Under the pieces are notes generated by a model that was given only the letters and a program-made list of their open reading frames with translations, did no database searches and had not been told where the DNA came from. The position numbers were made by a program, and so were the translations under genes. This document shows positions 11,917 to 23,775 of a DNA stretch of 64,000 nt, piece after piece. Origin of the DNA: Porphyridium purpureum (taxonomy: Eukaryota). The first letter of the stretch is position 1. Every line of letters begins with the position of its first letter. The stretch is taken from the NCBI GenBank assembly GCA_008690995.1, contig VRMN01000002.1, positions 1 to 64,000 on the forward strand, read 5' to 3'.

Positions 11917-14900
11917 GTGCACGGAGCTGCACGAGCAGGAGACGGTCCAGGGCCGTGGACCGGGGTGCTGCAGCGGTGGCCGCGAGTCACGATACCCGGG
12001 CCGCAGGCGAAGCGGCCGACGAGGAAGCGTCTGGCCCTGACCCGGTGCATGTACGCGCAGAAACGGCAGGTCGCCGCCAGCACGCGAGGCGCGGTCAACG
12101 CCGGCAAAGCAGGCCACAATGCCTTCCGTGCCCGCTGGCCCACTGCTTGTTCTCACATCTTGCCGACGCCAGCGGGCAGCCGGGTCGCCATTGGGCAGCC
12201 ATGCACTCGGCAGAGCCCGCGGGCCGTGAGCAGCTGGAGGCCATGGCCTGGTCAGGAACGCGCACGGCCACGCAGTGCAGGTGACGTGCACAATGCGCCG
12301 TGCCCGTGCGCATCGTGTGTGGACGCCCGACGCGCGCGCCGGTGTCCGGTGGCAGAATGCCCGGCGGCGTTCCCGGCCGCAGAGCCCCTGTTGTTACACA
12401 TGAACCAACATGCTTCTGCCGCACGGGACGCGGTGGACCCCAGCACATGGACGAGCCTGGGCCTGTGGCGATGGCCGTGCGGCAAGCTTGCGTTGCTTCG
12501 GAGCCTGCAAACGGGGTCAAATGCAGCCACCATGCACTTGACCCGGTGCACTGACGACCGGGAGGCCTGCAGGCTTGCTGCTGAGCGCCTGCGGCACGCG
12601 TCCGAGCAGGTCGAAGTCACGCCGCTGGAGTGGGACCTGCGACCCGGTGTGCATGCACCCGCTCTGCTTCATGCCGAGCAAGATGCTGCACCTACTCCAC
12701 CCGCCCCTCTTGGTGACGAAGATGCAGCGGACGACGCAGAACGCATTTTTGCCGGGCTGCCGGTGTCCACAGTGCACGCGTACCTGGACAGGATACTTGC
12801 ACTGCGGGTCCACCTGTGGAAGCGGATGGCGCCGGCTCTGGCGACGCACGTGGCCCTGGAGTTGGCTGGTCTTCTGGCCGGCGTGCAGGAGGCCGAGACC
12901 GAGGAGGACCAGGTGCGCGCCATTGCACGCCTGTGGGCGTTTCCGACGCTTGTGCTCTGCCTTCCGGGGGCCCAGCAGCCGTCCCGTGAGCGCGTCCGAT
13001 TCACGATGGCGCGGCTCAAGCAGTGGCGGCAGGGAGAGCTGCCCGCGCTGCTGGCGTCCGTGCCAGAGCTGACTGGCGGGCAGCCCACCGACCTGCCGTG
13101 GCAGACGGTCAGCAGCAAGGTGGTCAAGCACGTGCGCGCCCGACACCTCGGTGCGGCGGCACGGCTGGTGGAGTCTGCCGGTGTCCACGACACCACGGAC
13201 GCGGTGCTCGCTCGGCTCCGGGAGTTGCACCCGCCAGCGACCGACGCGGCTGCCCGCTTGCAGGCCCCGTCGCACAAGCCCAGGCGCGCGATGCGCAGCC
13301 ACCGCTGGCCGAACGTGCAGTGGTGAAGAATGCAGTGATGGGTATCCCGCACACCAGTGCAGCGGGACCCTCACGGTGGTCTCCGAGCCTCCTGCACCAG
13401 GCGCTCAGCTTGCCAGCTGCGGGTGCTGAAGTGCTGACGGCCATGTGTGGGCTGTTCGACCGCGTGGTGCATCGAGGCCTGGAGCCGCAGGCTGGCGCGC
13501 TTTGGGCGCACGCCAGGCTCATTCCTCTGCGCAAGCCAGATGGGGGCGTGCGGCCCATTGCCATCGGCGAGATCTTCCGCCGCGTGCTGGGCCGCCTGGC
13601 CGTGACGAGCCTCGCACATGACGCAGTGGAGACGCTCGCCCCGGACCAGTATGGCGTGGGCCGCATGGCCGGGCTCGAGGCTATGGTGATGCGCACCCGC
13701 CTCGCCGTGCTGGAGAACCCCGGGTGGGGCGTGCTCAAGGTGGACATTTCGAACGCCTTTAATACGGTGCGCCGCCCCGCCTTTATGCGACTCGTGCAGG
13801 CCCAGTTTCCGCACCTGTGGCCGCTGGTCCGCACGTGCTACGCGAGTCCTGCGCCGCTGCGAGCAGGCAAACACGTCCTGAAGAGCGAGTCTGGGGTGCA
13901 GCAAGGCGACCCGCTGGCCCCACTCCTCTTCTCGCTGGCGCTGCACCGTCAGACCAGGGACATCACGCACGCACCCGGGCAGGCGCTGGTGCAATGCTGG
14001 TACCTGGATGACGGCGCCATTGCAGGTCCAGTCCACTCCCTGGTGGCGTTCCTGGAGGTGCTCGACCACTGTGCGCGCGAAATCGACTTGTCGATTAATC
14101 GGCGCAAGTCGGAGCTAGTCCTGCCGCCGGGTAGATGTGAGACAGACATTACGGCGCTGTCGAGCCTGCATGGCTTACCTGTGGTGCCGTGGTGCAGTGC
14201 CACTCTGCTTGGCACTGTCCTGGACACCAGCGGCGACATGGGCTGCGTGGACAGGACGCTGGCTGCGACTCTCGAGCTGGCCGACAAGGTGGCCGGCATT
14301 CACGAGCCCGAGGAGGCATACCACCTGCTCCGGGCAAGCGTGGGGCCCGCGCGAGTCGTGCATCTGGCCCGCACGCTCCCGCCAGAGGCGGTGCTGGACC
14401 GGTTCGCCGCGTTTGATGACGCGTGGCGGCACATTGTGGCGCGTACGCTCGGCGTAACGGCAGCCGACGGCCAGAACGCAGATGGCTCCTGGCGCGCAGA
14501 ATGGCGCCTGCCGCTGCGGTGTGGCGGCCTGGGCCTGACCAGCCTGCGCGACATGAGCCTGCCAGGCTTCGTTGCCGGCAGCCGCGCTGCTGCTCGCACA
14601 CTGGACGAGGGTGAGGTGCTACGCGCTCAGCGGGAAGCCGTGCCTCCGATGGCGCCTCTGTCGCGGCAACCGCGGGAGCCCCGCCGCCGCCGCGCTCGTC
14701 CGTCGCACCTGGCCAGGTGGCGACAGTTCCACGACCTCGAGGAGGCGTGGCTGCAACAGGTGCCGGGCGTCCCGGACGCCGAAGTCGAAGACCTGCTGGA
14801 TTCCCAGGCCCGAGGCCTCAGTCGCTTTATTCACTCCTGAAGAGAGACTGGGTCTCGGCGCCAGGCTCCACGCCGTCTGAACGCCTCCGCCGCCAGAGCT

Positions 14901-15708
14901 TGTCGTCGCCGCACGCAGCGGCCTGGCTGGGCATGCCGTCCGGCACAGTGCTCGGTGGCATTCCGTGGTCACCAGCATTGGGCTGCGACACGTGGTTTGC
15001 AGCCGTGCGCCACTGCCTGGGCCTCCTGTGGCTGGCGTCACGAGCGCTGTGGGCCTCCGCTGCCCGGCCATTGTCCGTGGGACAACGGCCACGTGCAACG
15101 CGCCACTGGACGCACACGGCCACCATGCGCAAAACTGCGCAATGGGGCCGACCCGGTACGGCCGCCATGCCGCGGTCATTGACGTGCTCGTCCGCTTTGC
15201 AAACCTCCGCGGGCACAGGTCCGCCGCGAGGTTCGCCTCGAGGACGCACCCCGGCACAACGGGAAGCACGACCGGCGACTTTTCCTTCGACAACAATGTC
15301 GTCGATGTTGCCGTGGTCGCGCCAGACGGTCGCCGCTCGCGCTCGGAAGCGCGGCTCTTTGCCCGCTCGCGCTGCGGCACCAGTTGGCTGCTCGGGCCAC
15401 GCAGCCAACATGGTGGCCTTTATCGTCACCACGTACGGCAACGTGGATGCGCCCGCACGTGCGCTTCTTTCCGGCTCGCGCGCGACTTTGCTCGCGTGCG
15501 CCAGGTCCGCCCCGCTTGGGCGCTGACCGTCCTTTCGCGGGCTGTGTCCCTCGCTGTGTACCGCGCCGCCGCACATGGCATTCTTTTGCGGTACCCGGCG
15601 GGACACTCGGCCCTCACGGCGAGCGGGCTGCGCTGGCTCCCCCATGTGGCGCGAATGCTCAGCTCCTCTGACCCGAGCGCCCCAATTCACGAGGTCGGCG
15701 TCCTCTAA
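11917..15708 (+). pseudogene. Family B zinc finger-RT-RLE polyprotein, split by frameshifts
   Basis: Pieces 11917-13326, 13023-14840, 14717-~15050 and 14965-15708 are homologous along their length to the family A protein (LWAFPTLVLCLP, HLGAAARLVESAGVHD). Confidence 0.82.
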
Positions 15709-15813
15709 TTCAGCTCCTGAGCTGATCCAAATTCAGCTCCGATCCGGCTGAGTCACCAATTTCCTGGATTGTTTAAATTCTAAAAATAAACTCAATTCAG
15801 AGTAACCCTAGAG

Positions 15814-16053
15814 CTCTGTTGGATGCGAAGGCCACCCAGTTCCAACGTCTTCATTGTAATGGGCAAGCACATACCTCAGAAACTTGCACTGACTGGACAG
15901 GTACGTTTTGCGTGTCCCTGCGGTAATATGGCCACGCGCTAGCTCCGCAACCCTTGCACTCGCCCGCTCACGCCGCACAGCCTCCGCGAATCCCTCCATC
16001 TTTCGAACCTTGTTCGACGGCGAGCATGCGAGCGCCAGCGCGGTTCGGCGCAA
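15814..16053 (-). pseudogene. Possible N-terminal fragment of a tyrosine recombinase (Crypton-like)
   Basis: HITAGTRKTYLSSQCKFLRYV resembles the T..Y....F..(W/Y) helix of integrase core-binding domains. The ORF is cut at the family B 3' junction. Confidence 0.25.
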
Positions 16054-16682
16054 TCGGTTCAGTGGTTTATCAAGGAGCGCAAGTAAAAAGGGATCATTTC
16101 AGTACAAGAAAAGGTGCCAGAACAAGCGGCACGTGTCTGCATTTATTACTGGGTAACTCGTGCGACCAATCATTTTTGCTAGTATGTTGTACAAACATAA
16201 TCTTGGCATAAACACAAAATGTTCCGGTCTCACCGGCACCTTCAACCTGAATAAATGGTCTAAAATGGCACGAAATGTAATAAACCTAGAGTAACCAACG
16301 TGCTCGACAGGAAAATCGCGCAGAGCCGCTGTCGATGTACTCGCTGCGAACGCGTCGACACAACCCTCCAGAACAGGTTCATCAGGGCGCATGCGCGAAC
16401 AAGCAACAGTGCGGCAGATGGCTAGACAATCTTCGCATCCAATGCTCACTGAGGTCTCGCTTCAGCGCAGGTGCGTCAGACTCAACGGACACCGCTGACT
16501 GAGCAGCGTAAGACTCTGTTCTGCTCACCCCTTTACGCGTCATGGTTGATTGGCCACCTCCGCACATGGATGACCATGCAAAGCGGCAGACTTCGGCCCG
16601 GAAAGCCCTTTGATCTTCACGTTTGGTTCAGAAACGCGAAAGCAGTCACGTTATTCTAATTTCATTTCGCCTTTGAACAACG

Positions 16683-19100
16683 CTAGCAGCCTAGTCTTTC
16701 CAAACTACTCTGCGCCGCTGCGAATCCCTGGTCTGCGGCCTTGCGGTACCACTCGACCGCGGCGCGCTCGTCCTGCGGCAGCCCGCCCCACCCGTTCTCG
16801 TAATAACAGCCCAAATAGACCTGCGCCGCTGCGTACCTCTGCTCCGCGGCCTTCTGAAACCACTCGACCGCGGCGCGCTCGTCCTGCGGCAGCCCGCCCT
16901 CCCCTTTCAGGTAACAAACGCCCAAAAGAAACTGCGCGTTTGCGTCTCCCTGTTCCGCGGCCTTGCGAAACCACTCGACCGCGGCGCGCTCGTCCTGCGG
17001 CAGCCCGCCCTCCCCGTTCTTGTACCTAACGCCCAAATTATTCTGCGCCGCTGCGAGTCCCTGGTCTGCGGCCTTGCGGTACCACTCGACCGCGGCGCGC
17101 TCGTCCTGCGGCAGCCCGCCCTTCCCGTCCTTGTAACTAACGCCCAAATTATTCTGCGCCGCTGCGAATCCCTGGTCTGCGGCCTTGCGAAACCACTCGA
17201 CCGCGGCGCGCTCGTCCTGCGGCAGCCCGCCCGACCCATCCTCGTAACAAACGCCCAAATTATTCTGCGCCGCTGCGAATCCCTGGTCTGCGGCCTTGCG
17301 GTACCACTCGACCGCGGCGCGCTCGTCCTGCGGCAGCCCGCCCTCCCCGTTCTTGTAACAAACACCCAAATTGAACTGCGCTTCTGCGTCTCCCTGCTCC
17401 GCGGCCTTGCGAAACCACTCGACCGCGGCGCGCTCGTCCTGCGGCAGCCCGCCCTTCCCGTTCTTGTAACTAACGCCCAAATTGAACTGCGCCTCTGCGT
17501 CTCCCTGCTCCGCGGCCTTGCGGTACCACTCGACCGCGGCGCGAGTGTCCTGCGGCAGCCCGCCCTCCCCGTTCTTGTAACTAACGCCCAAATTGTACTG
17601 CGCGTGTGCGTTTCCCTGCTCCGCGGCCTTGCGAAACCACTCGACCGCGGCGCGAGTGTCCTGCGGCAGCCCGCCCTTCCCGTCCTTGTAACTAACGCCC
17701 AAATTATTCTGCGCCGCTGCGTGTCCCTGCTCCGCGGCCTTGCGAAACCACTCGACCGCGGCGCGCTCGTCCTGCGGCAGCCCGCCCTCCCCGTTCTCGT
17801 AACTAACGCCCAAATTATACTGCGCCGCTGCGAATCCCTGGTCTGCGGCCTTGCGAAACCACTCGACCGCGGCGCGCTCGTCCTGCGGCAGCCCGCCCCA
17901 TCCGTTCTCGTAACAAACGCCCAAATTGAACTGCGCGTGTGCGTTTCCCTGCTCCGCGGCCTTGCAGAAACCACTCGACCGCGGCGCGCCTGTCCTGCAG
18001 CCCGCCCTCCCCTTCAGGTAACAAACGCCCAAAAGAAACTGCGCGTTTGCGTCTCCCCTGTTCCGCGGCCTTGCGAAACCACTCGACCGCGCGCGCTCTG
18101 TCCTGCGGCAGACCGCCCTCTCGTAACCCAAATTAAACTGCGCCGCTGCGAGTCCCTGCTCCGCGGCCTTGCGGTACCACTCGACCGCGGCGCGCTCGTC
18201 CTGCGGCAGCCCGCCCTTCCCGTCCTTGTAACTAACGCCCAAATTGATTCTGCGCCGCTGCGGCCTTGCGGTACCACTCGACCGCGGCGCGCTCGTCCTG
18301 CGGCAGCCCGCCCTCTGCGGCGCCGCTTCCCTGCGAAACCACTCGACCGCGGCGCGCTCGTCCTGCGGCAGCCCGCCCGACCCATCCTCGTAACAAACGC
18401 CCAAATTATTCTGCGCCGCTGCGAATCCCTGGTCTGCGGCCTTGCGGTACCACTCGACCGCGGCGCGCTCGTCCTGCGGCAGCCCGCCCTCCCCGTTCTT
18501 GTAACAAACACCCAAATTGAACTGCGCTTCTGCGTCTCCCTGCTCCGCGGCCTTGCGAAACCACTCGACCGCGGCGCGCTCGTCCTGCGGCAGCCCGCCC
18601 TTCCCGTTCTTGTAACTAACGCCCAAATTGAACTGCGCCTCTGCGTCTCCCTGCTCCGCGGCCTTGCGGTACCACTCGACCGCGGCGCGAGTGTCCTGCG
18701 GCAGCCCGCCCTCCCCGTTCTTGTAACTAACGCCCAAATTGTACTGCGCGTGTGCGTTTCCCTGCTCCGCGGCCTTGCGAAACCACTCGACCGCGGCGCG
18801 CTCGTCCTGCGGCAGCCCGCCCTCCCCGTTCTTGTAACCAACGCCCAAATTATTCTGCGCCGCTGCGAATCCCTGGTCTGCAGCCTTGCGAAACCACTCG
18901 ACCGCGGCGCCCTCGTCCTGCGGCAGCCCGCCCCACCCGTTCTTGTAACTAACGCCCAAATTGAACTGCGCCTCTGCGTCTCCCTGGTCCGCGGCCGTGC
19001 GGTACCACTCGACCGCGGCGCGCTCGTCCTGCGGCAGCCCGCCCCACCCGCTCTCGTAGCAAACCCCAAACGACATTGAGCGTCTGCGTCTCCATGCTCA
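16683..19100 (-). CDS. Sel1-like repeat (SLR) array, ~21-22 units of 37 aa (111 bp); possibly a pseudogene or cassette
   Basis: Repeats AQ(F/N/Y)NLGVxYxxGxGGLPQDERAAVEW(Y/F)RKAA(E/D)QG. There is a frameshift near 19070 (EHGDADAQCRLG / FGVCYE) and indel-garbled units at ~17960-18330. Confidence 0.88.
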
Positions 19101-20899
19101 TTCCTTGATACGGAAATAAAGAAACCATTATTCCCTCGTGCGGTTTCCTCCGTTCCAAAGCAAGGCACACCGGAGAGCGTTTTGCCGGCGCGCTCAGCGC
19201 CTGTTTTTCGCAGCTGCCGCGAGTTTCGAGGGGACTTGCGCTGAATTCATCCCTCAGCAGCCCCGTTTCGCGGTTTTCTGGCGGCGTGCGGTACAGCTCG
19301 GGGCGCCGTTGCAGTCGCGTGGAAGGGGCACGCGCGGTTGTTGTTAAAACGCGCCGTTTTGATAAACCGCGAGCGGTGGGCTGAATTAAAAGAATAAGTA
19401 CAGTGAATCCGTTAAGTGCTTGCGTACACTTCAATTGCAGGACGCTGTACATCAGATATTAATTAATGCGCGGACTCGCGTTGTTTAACAATGTGCGCTG
19501 ATGTGGGTGGCCAGCTGGATGGCTTGCCGGCTTCCAAGCATGTGCACACGGTCGCTCTTCTTCGGCCGTCTCAGCGCCGCGACTGCATGCCGCTGGGTTC
19601 TCACGCGAATGTCGGGTGCATGTTTGCCTTCAGAGGCACAGCGACACTGCATTCTGTGTCGCAGTCTTGCATCATTCCTCCCCGACGCATCTGCGTCGCT
19701 CGAGCTCGACCGCCCAACGTAGTGTACTAGGTTGCACGTGACACGCTGCCACGGCGCATGTGTTTATGGCGACACATCGGTCCTTTTGCGAGTGGGTCAT
19801 CAGCTGCGATGCCGAAAACAGGCCTGGGTGTCGAGTGAACAATTCGGAAGGGTCCAAAGAACAGCCGACATTCGCAGGCTTCTCACAGCGCAACTGGGGC
19901 ACACAAGGGAGCTGCTCAAGCCGTGCATGCTGCTGTACAATGTGGCTGGGTTCGAGCGGTTTGCGCAAGCACCATCGCGATAGAACGCTGCCGACTTAAA
20001 AGCACACCTTGATACATTCACACATGTGGGACAGCCACACTGCGTACACCCTCTAGAAGTTCCGAAGGGCAGAGCTTGACTCCATGTGGACAATTGTTGC
20101 GCAGCAGACGCATCAGCTGTTACTTTTTATACGTACCATGTGACGCATATTCGAATGGAGTCGGAAGAGGCCCCCATTGGGCCGTGCGATCGGTTCGTCA
20201 AGCTGCAGCTGCCAGAGCATGTAGCCTCCGAAACTGGATTTCGGGTTGCCTTGCAATTGAATCTGGAGGAGCATGTACGTCTTGTCAACTTGCATGTGGG
20301 GACTTTCAAGGCAGTTGCAATCACGTGACACGGACATCTCTTAGCCATGAGCTCGCTGCTGAGGCACAAGACAGCAGTCTTGTTCGCACGGGATAATTTC
20401 ACGCGGAAACCTGAGCTAAAGCTGCTTAACAAGGCGCCCTTGGACGTGACTCTGATTACGGTTCCACAAGGCATGCCTGACGCGCTGTCTCCTGGACCGC
20501 AATCTGCCTGTAAGCGGATGCATCTGGAGTCACACCAACTTACACCTCACTTGCCAGCCGCACAATGTACGCCGCGAGGATCGCACTTTCTTCACCCATC
20601 TAGGTGCCCATGACGACATGTGCGCTTCTCAACATTGACTGTTGAAGTGACGCTCATGCCAGTCAACTATCATCTTCTCTCCTTTGCCCTATCCTGGAGG
20701 CCGCATGTCAATCGACATGTCGCCAACCCACAGTATTCCAATGCCAATGTTACAAGGTACATTGCATTCACGCCTGGACGAGAAACCAGGCGACAGGGCT
20801 AAAAAAATGAAGGCCATGTTGGATCTCTGTTGTAGTGAGGGTCACAAGTAGGCCAAGCAGATTTCTTGCCGTCACGCGGGAAACCAAAGCCATGCCATT

Positions 20900-21630
20900 T
20901 CGGTGGCTGCAAGACCATGGACACACGTACGTCGAAAGTTCACGCCGACGTGGGTCATGCTATTCTCGGAATCACCTTGGCTCGGAAGCGGCGGCACTGG
21001 AAGGCGTACATTACCTTTGCGAGCTTGTGTCGCCAAGTAGAAAAAAGCATTGCGCGAAGTGGCGTCGAGACTCTGCTACACCTCGCCCAGACAAAGCTCG
21101 AGCGCTGCGCGATACCTATGCTCGTTCTCGAGCTCGTTTCCCGGACATCTTATCTGGACAACTTTTTCCGCCTCCACCTCTGACTCGTCGCCGACAAGCA
21201 CGTCTACATACTTGCCTGGCAACATGCCACCTCCCGCGTTGAAGTCTTCCGCTTGGATTTCGACCCGGTCAAAGTCAGCGCTTCCAACTAATGATCGACA
21301 AGCGAAGCTCCCGGTACACCTACTGGGTGCTAGATGAGCGTCATGCGCGCTGCACTTTGGGCCGTCTCCAAGCATGTGTCCTTACAACCACTTTGCTGTC
21401 GTCTCTGCTTGCCTGCGGCGATTGCCTCTGCCGCCTTCTTAGCGCTCGGCGTATGGCCATGCAGTCAAAGGAATTGCGTCGTCCCGGTGTGTACACTCCA
21501 ACTCTTCAGCATGTCGACCAGTGCCTTCTTTTTGGCGAGCAATTCCTCAGCTCATGCGTCGCAGCCTGCAAATTATCGATTGTACTATCGCATAGCCAGC
21601 GTGTGCTTGCACTCACGTAGCACAACCACG
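20900..21630 (-). pseudogene. Decayed ORF of the dispersed unknown family (copy 2)
   Basis: GSFACRSLVG..GGMLPGKYVDVLVGDESEVEA..AALELCLGE aligns with copies 1 and 3. Confidence 0.55.
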
Positions 21631-21663
21631 TGACATATCACAATGATGCGCAGCATGGGCGAC

Positions 21664-22046
21664 TGTGAAGAGAACTTCCAAACCCTCGCGACGAGCTCGA
21701 CGTTGACCCGTGGCGGGGCCCACGCTTGAACCCGCGATTGCGATTACCCGAGGGGTCATCGCCAATGGGGGGCATCAAAGCGACGATCGGTACGCGCAGC
21801 GGACCACCACGAGCGTGCGCTTTGCGAGCCTCAGCCCGCCTCGTTCCGGGGGCGCGAGGCTGAGGTATAAAAAGAGGTGCCCGAGTCCTTGTCATGATGC
21901 TTGTCTAGACTGCGAGGCAGAGATGAATAGGTACTGACGTATAAAGGTACCTTTGTAACCAGAAAGTCATCATCTCTCGGTAAGGAGACGGCACGCACCA
22001 TGGCATTCATCTACGTTCGTGTCCGCGATCATAATCCTGTTTCACA
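21664..22046 (+). mobile_element. Putative solo LTR
   Basis: Inverted termini TGTGAA...TTCACA and an internal TATAAAAAG. The first ~220 bp recur at 25286-25498. No TSD seen. Confidence 0.5.
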
Positions 22047-22593
22047 GTGTTCTTGTGGAAGCTACTTAATCTCTCCTTCATTGCGCCTATTTGGTCAGTT
22101 CAGAATGCACAGGAACGCATGTGATCTCATACGTCGTTCCAAGGTTGATCCACGTTTCGATCCACACAAACACATACGCACACACCTATGAGAAGCGCAT
22201 CAGTTCGTCGCAAACTTGGCAAACACCGCTCGCGCCGTAATGTACCAGCCCAACTCTACAGAAAAATGCACAGTATTTCTGGACTCTGGTCGTCTCTATT
22301 GGCCAGCTTGAATATCATATCGTAGCCATCTATCTCCATGGTGTGTTCCTTCTAGCAAGAGAAAGAGGCACGAGTGCGCATTAATTGTGCGACGATGTGA
22401 GCGTGTCAGCTCGGCATACCTTTCAGGCGCGACCCACTTGCCACGCGCATGTCGCCGCATAGAACAAACACATCTTCACGATGGACTCTGGGACACTGAC
22501 AAATCCCAAAACTCCACAATCATGCAGGACGTGTCTGTCGGGAAGTGCCACCAAACCCTCAAGGCGAAATGCAGCCGACCTGTCACCGCGTGC

Positions 22594-23775
22594 TCACGCA
22601 CACGTTAGTGTCGCACAATTATTGGAAAAAGAGCATGCCAGCGCAGAATAATTATTGAAGTAATCGCAATTCACGACATTTCGTACGTCCCAAGCCGCAA
22701 GGTCCTGATTGAAAGATTCGGCCACAGAAAACAGTAAGCCCATGTTTGTCACTCTGCTCACGTCCCAACCAAAAATATCTTGGTTGAAAGAAGCGGCGTT
22801 GTAAAACATGGCGGACATGTCAGTCACGTTGCTGACGTCCCAACCAGAAATATCCTGGTTAAAATGTACGGCCCAGTAAAACATATAGGACATGTCTGTC
22901 ACACTGCTGATGTTCCAGCCAGAAATATCCTGATCAAAAGAAGAGGCTTTCTGAAACATGGAGCGCATGTCTGTCACACTGCTGACGTCCCAGCCAGAAA
23001 TTTCCTGGTTGAAAGAAGAGGCTTTCTGAAACATGGAGCGCATGTCTGTCACACTGCTGACGTCCCAGCCAGAAATTTCCTGGTTGAAAGAAGCGGCGCC
23101 GCAAAACATGGAGCCCATGTTTGCCACACGGCTTACGTCCCACGAGCCAATCTCGCCGTTGAAGTTCGACCCCGCAAACATGCAGCTCAGATCGGTGACG
23201 CTGCGCGGAATGTTGGCGGGAAGACTCTGCAGTGAACGCACTTCAAAGAAAGCTGCATCCAATGTGGTCAGGCCGAGCTTACCCGACGAAGCCACACGAG
23301 CAATGCCGTCCATGAACCTGATTCCACCAAGACTTCCCGTGATCACGACTGCGTGCTCTCCTTGAGATTTGTAAGCATGTACGAATGTCCCCATGCTCCC
23401 GTACGTCGCTGCCGTTCCATCGCCGTTGTCGACCACGACGTCCACTGGCGAAGCAGAAAAATCCAACGATACCTCAGAAACGTCGTCGTACTCGAGCACC
23501 ATCTTCTCCTGGCTTTCGTCAGACTCGACGTATTTCAGGCAGGGCTGTAACGCGTAGTCGGGGAACCCACTGAGACACGTCGCGGAGATGGACGTGCAAG
23601 CGACCGGTCCTTCTGCGTCTGGAACCAGGCCCAGCGTTCCTTCCACCGAGCACGGGTCACTGAGCTCGACCACTCGGCAGATCTCCCGGGCAACCACATT
23701 GTAATACAAAGACAGCCTTGCTAGCAGCGCGATGGTCAAAGCCAAAGACCAAGCCAAAGGAAACATGAGCGTCAT
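22594..23775 (-). CDS. Secreted DUF285/BspA-like surface repeat protein
   Basis: Signal-like MFPLAWSLALTIALLA, a Cys-containing N-domain, PKD-like VDVVVDNGDG, and 25-aa repeats FNQEISGWDVSSVTDMRSMFQKASS. Confidence 0.88.
   Translation of the reverse strand: MTLMFPLAWSLALTIALLARLSLYYNVVAREICRVVELSDPCSVEGTLGLVPDAEGPVACTSISATCLSGFPDYALQPCLKYVESDESQEKMVLEYDDVSEVSLDFSASPVDVVVDNGDGTAATYGSMGTFVHAYKSQGEHAVVITGSLGGIRFMDGIARVASSGKLGLTTLDAAFFEVRSLQSLPANIPRSVTDLSCMFAGSNFNGEIGSWDVSRVANMGSMFCGAASFNQEISGWDVSSVTDMRSMFQKASSFNQEISGWDVSSVTDMRSMFQKASSFDQDISGWNISSVTDMSYMFYWAVHFNQDISGWDVSNVTDMSAMFYNAASFNQDIFGWDVSRVTNMGLLFSVAESFNQDLAAWDVRNVVNCDYFNNYSALACSFSNNCATLTCA

Larger units (their letters stand above)
8973..15813 (+). 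mobile_element. CRE-like non-LTR retrotransposon, family B, near full length
   Basis: Has 5' tandem repeats, an upstream ORF with a C2H2 finger, RT (RLIPLRKPDGGVRPIAIGE, GVQQGDPLAPLLF, WYLDDG) and RLE (CNAPLDAHGHHAQNC..RYGRH..GDF..VDVAVV). The 3' UTR contains AATAAA and ends in TTCAGAGTAACCCTAGAG. Confidence 0.88.

Noticed and set aside
1320..15450. Programmed frameshifting in the CRE elements
   Set aside because: The shifts are numerous, differ between near-identical copies and lack slippery or structure signals. Decay or consensus error is more likely.
109..15690. Many long antisense and alternate-frame ORFs
   Set aside because: They are shadows of GC-rich retrotransposon coding sequence and carry no motifs.
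16683..19100. CRISPR or non-coding 111-bp repeat array
   Set aside because: It is an in-frame protein-coding Sel1 repeat.
21764..21772. AATGGGGGG (Cyanidioschyzon-type telomere unit), also near 25379
   Set aside because: These are single, non-tandem occurrences inside an LTR-like repeat.
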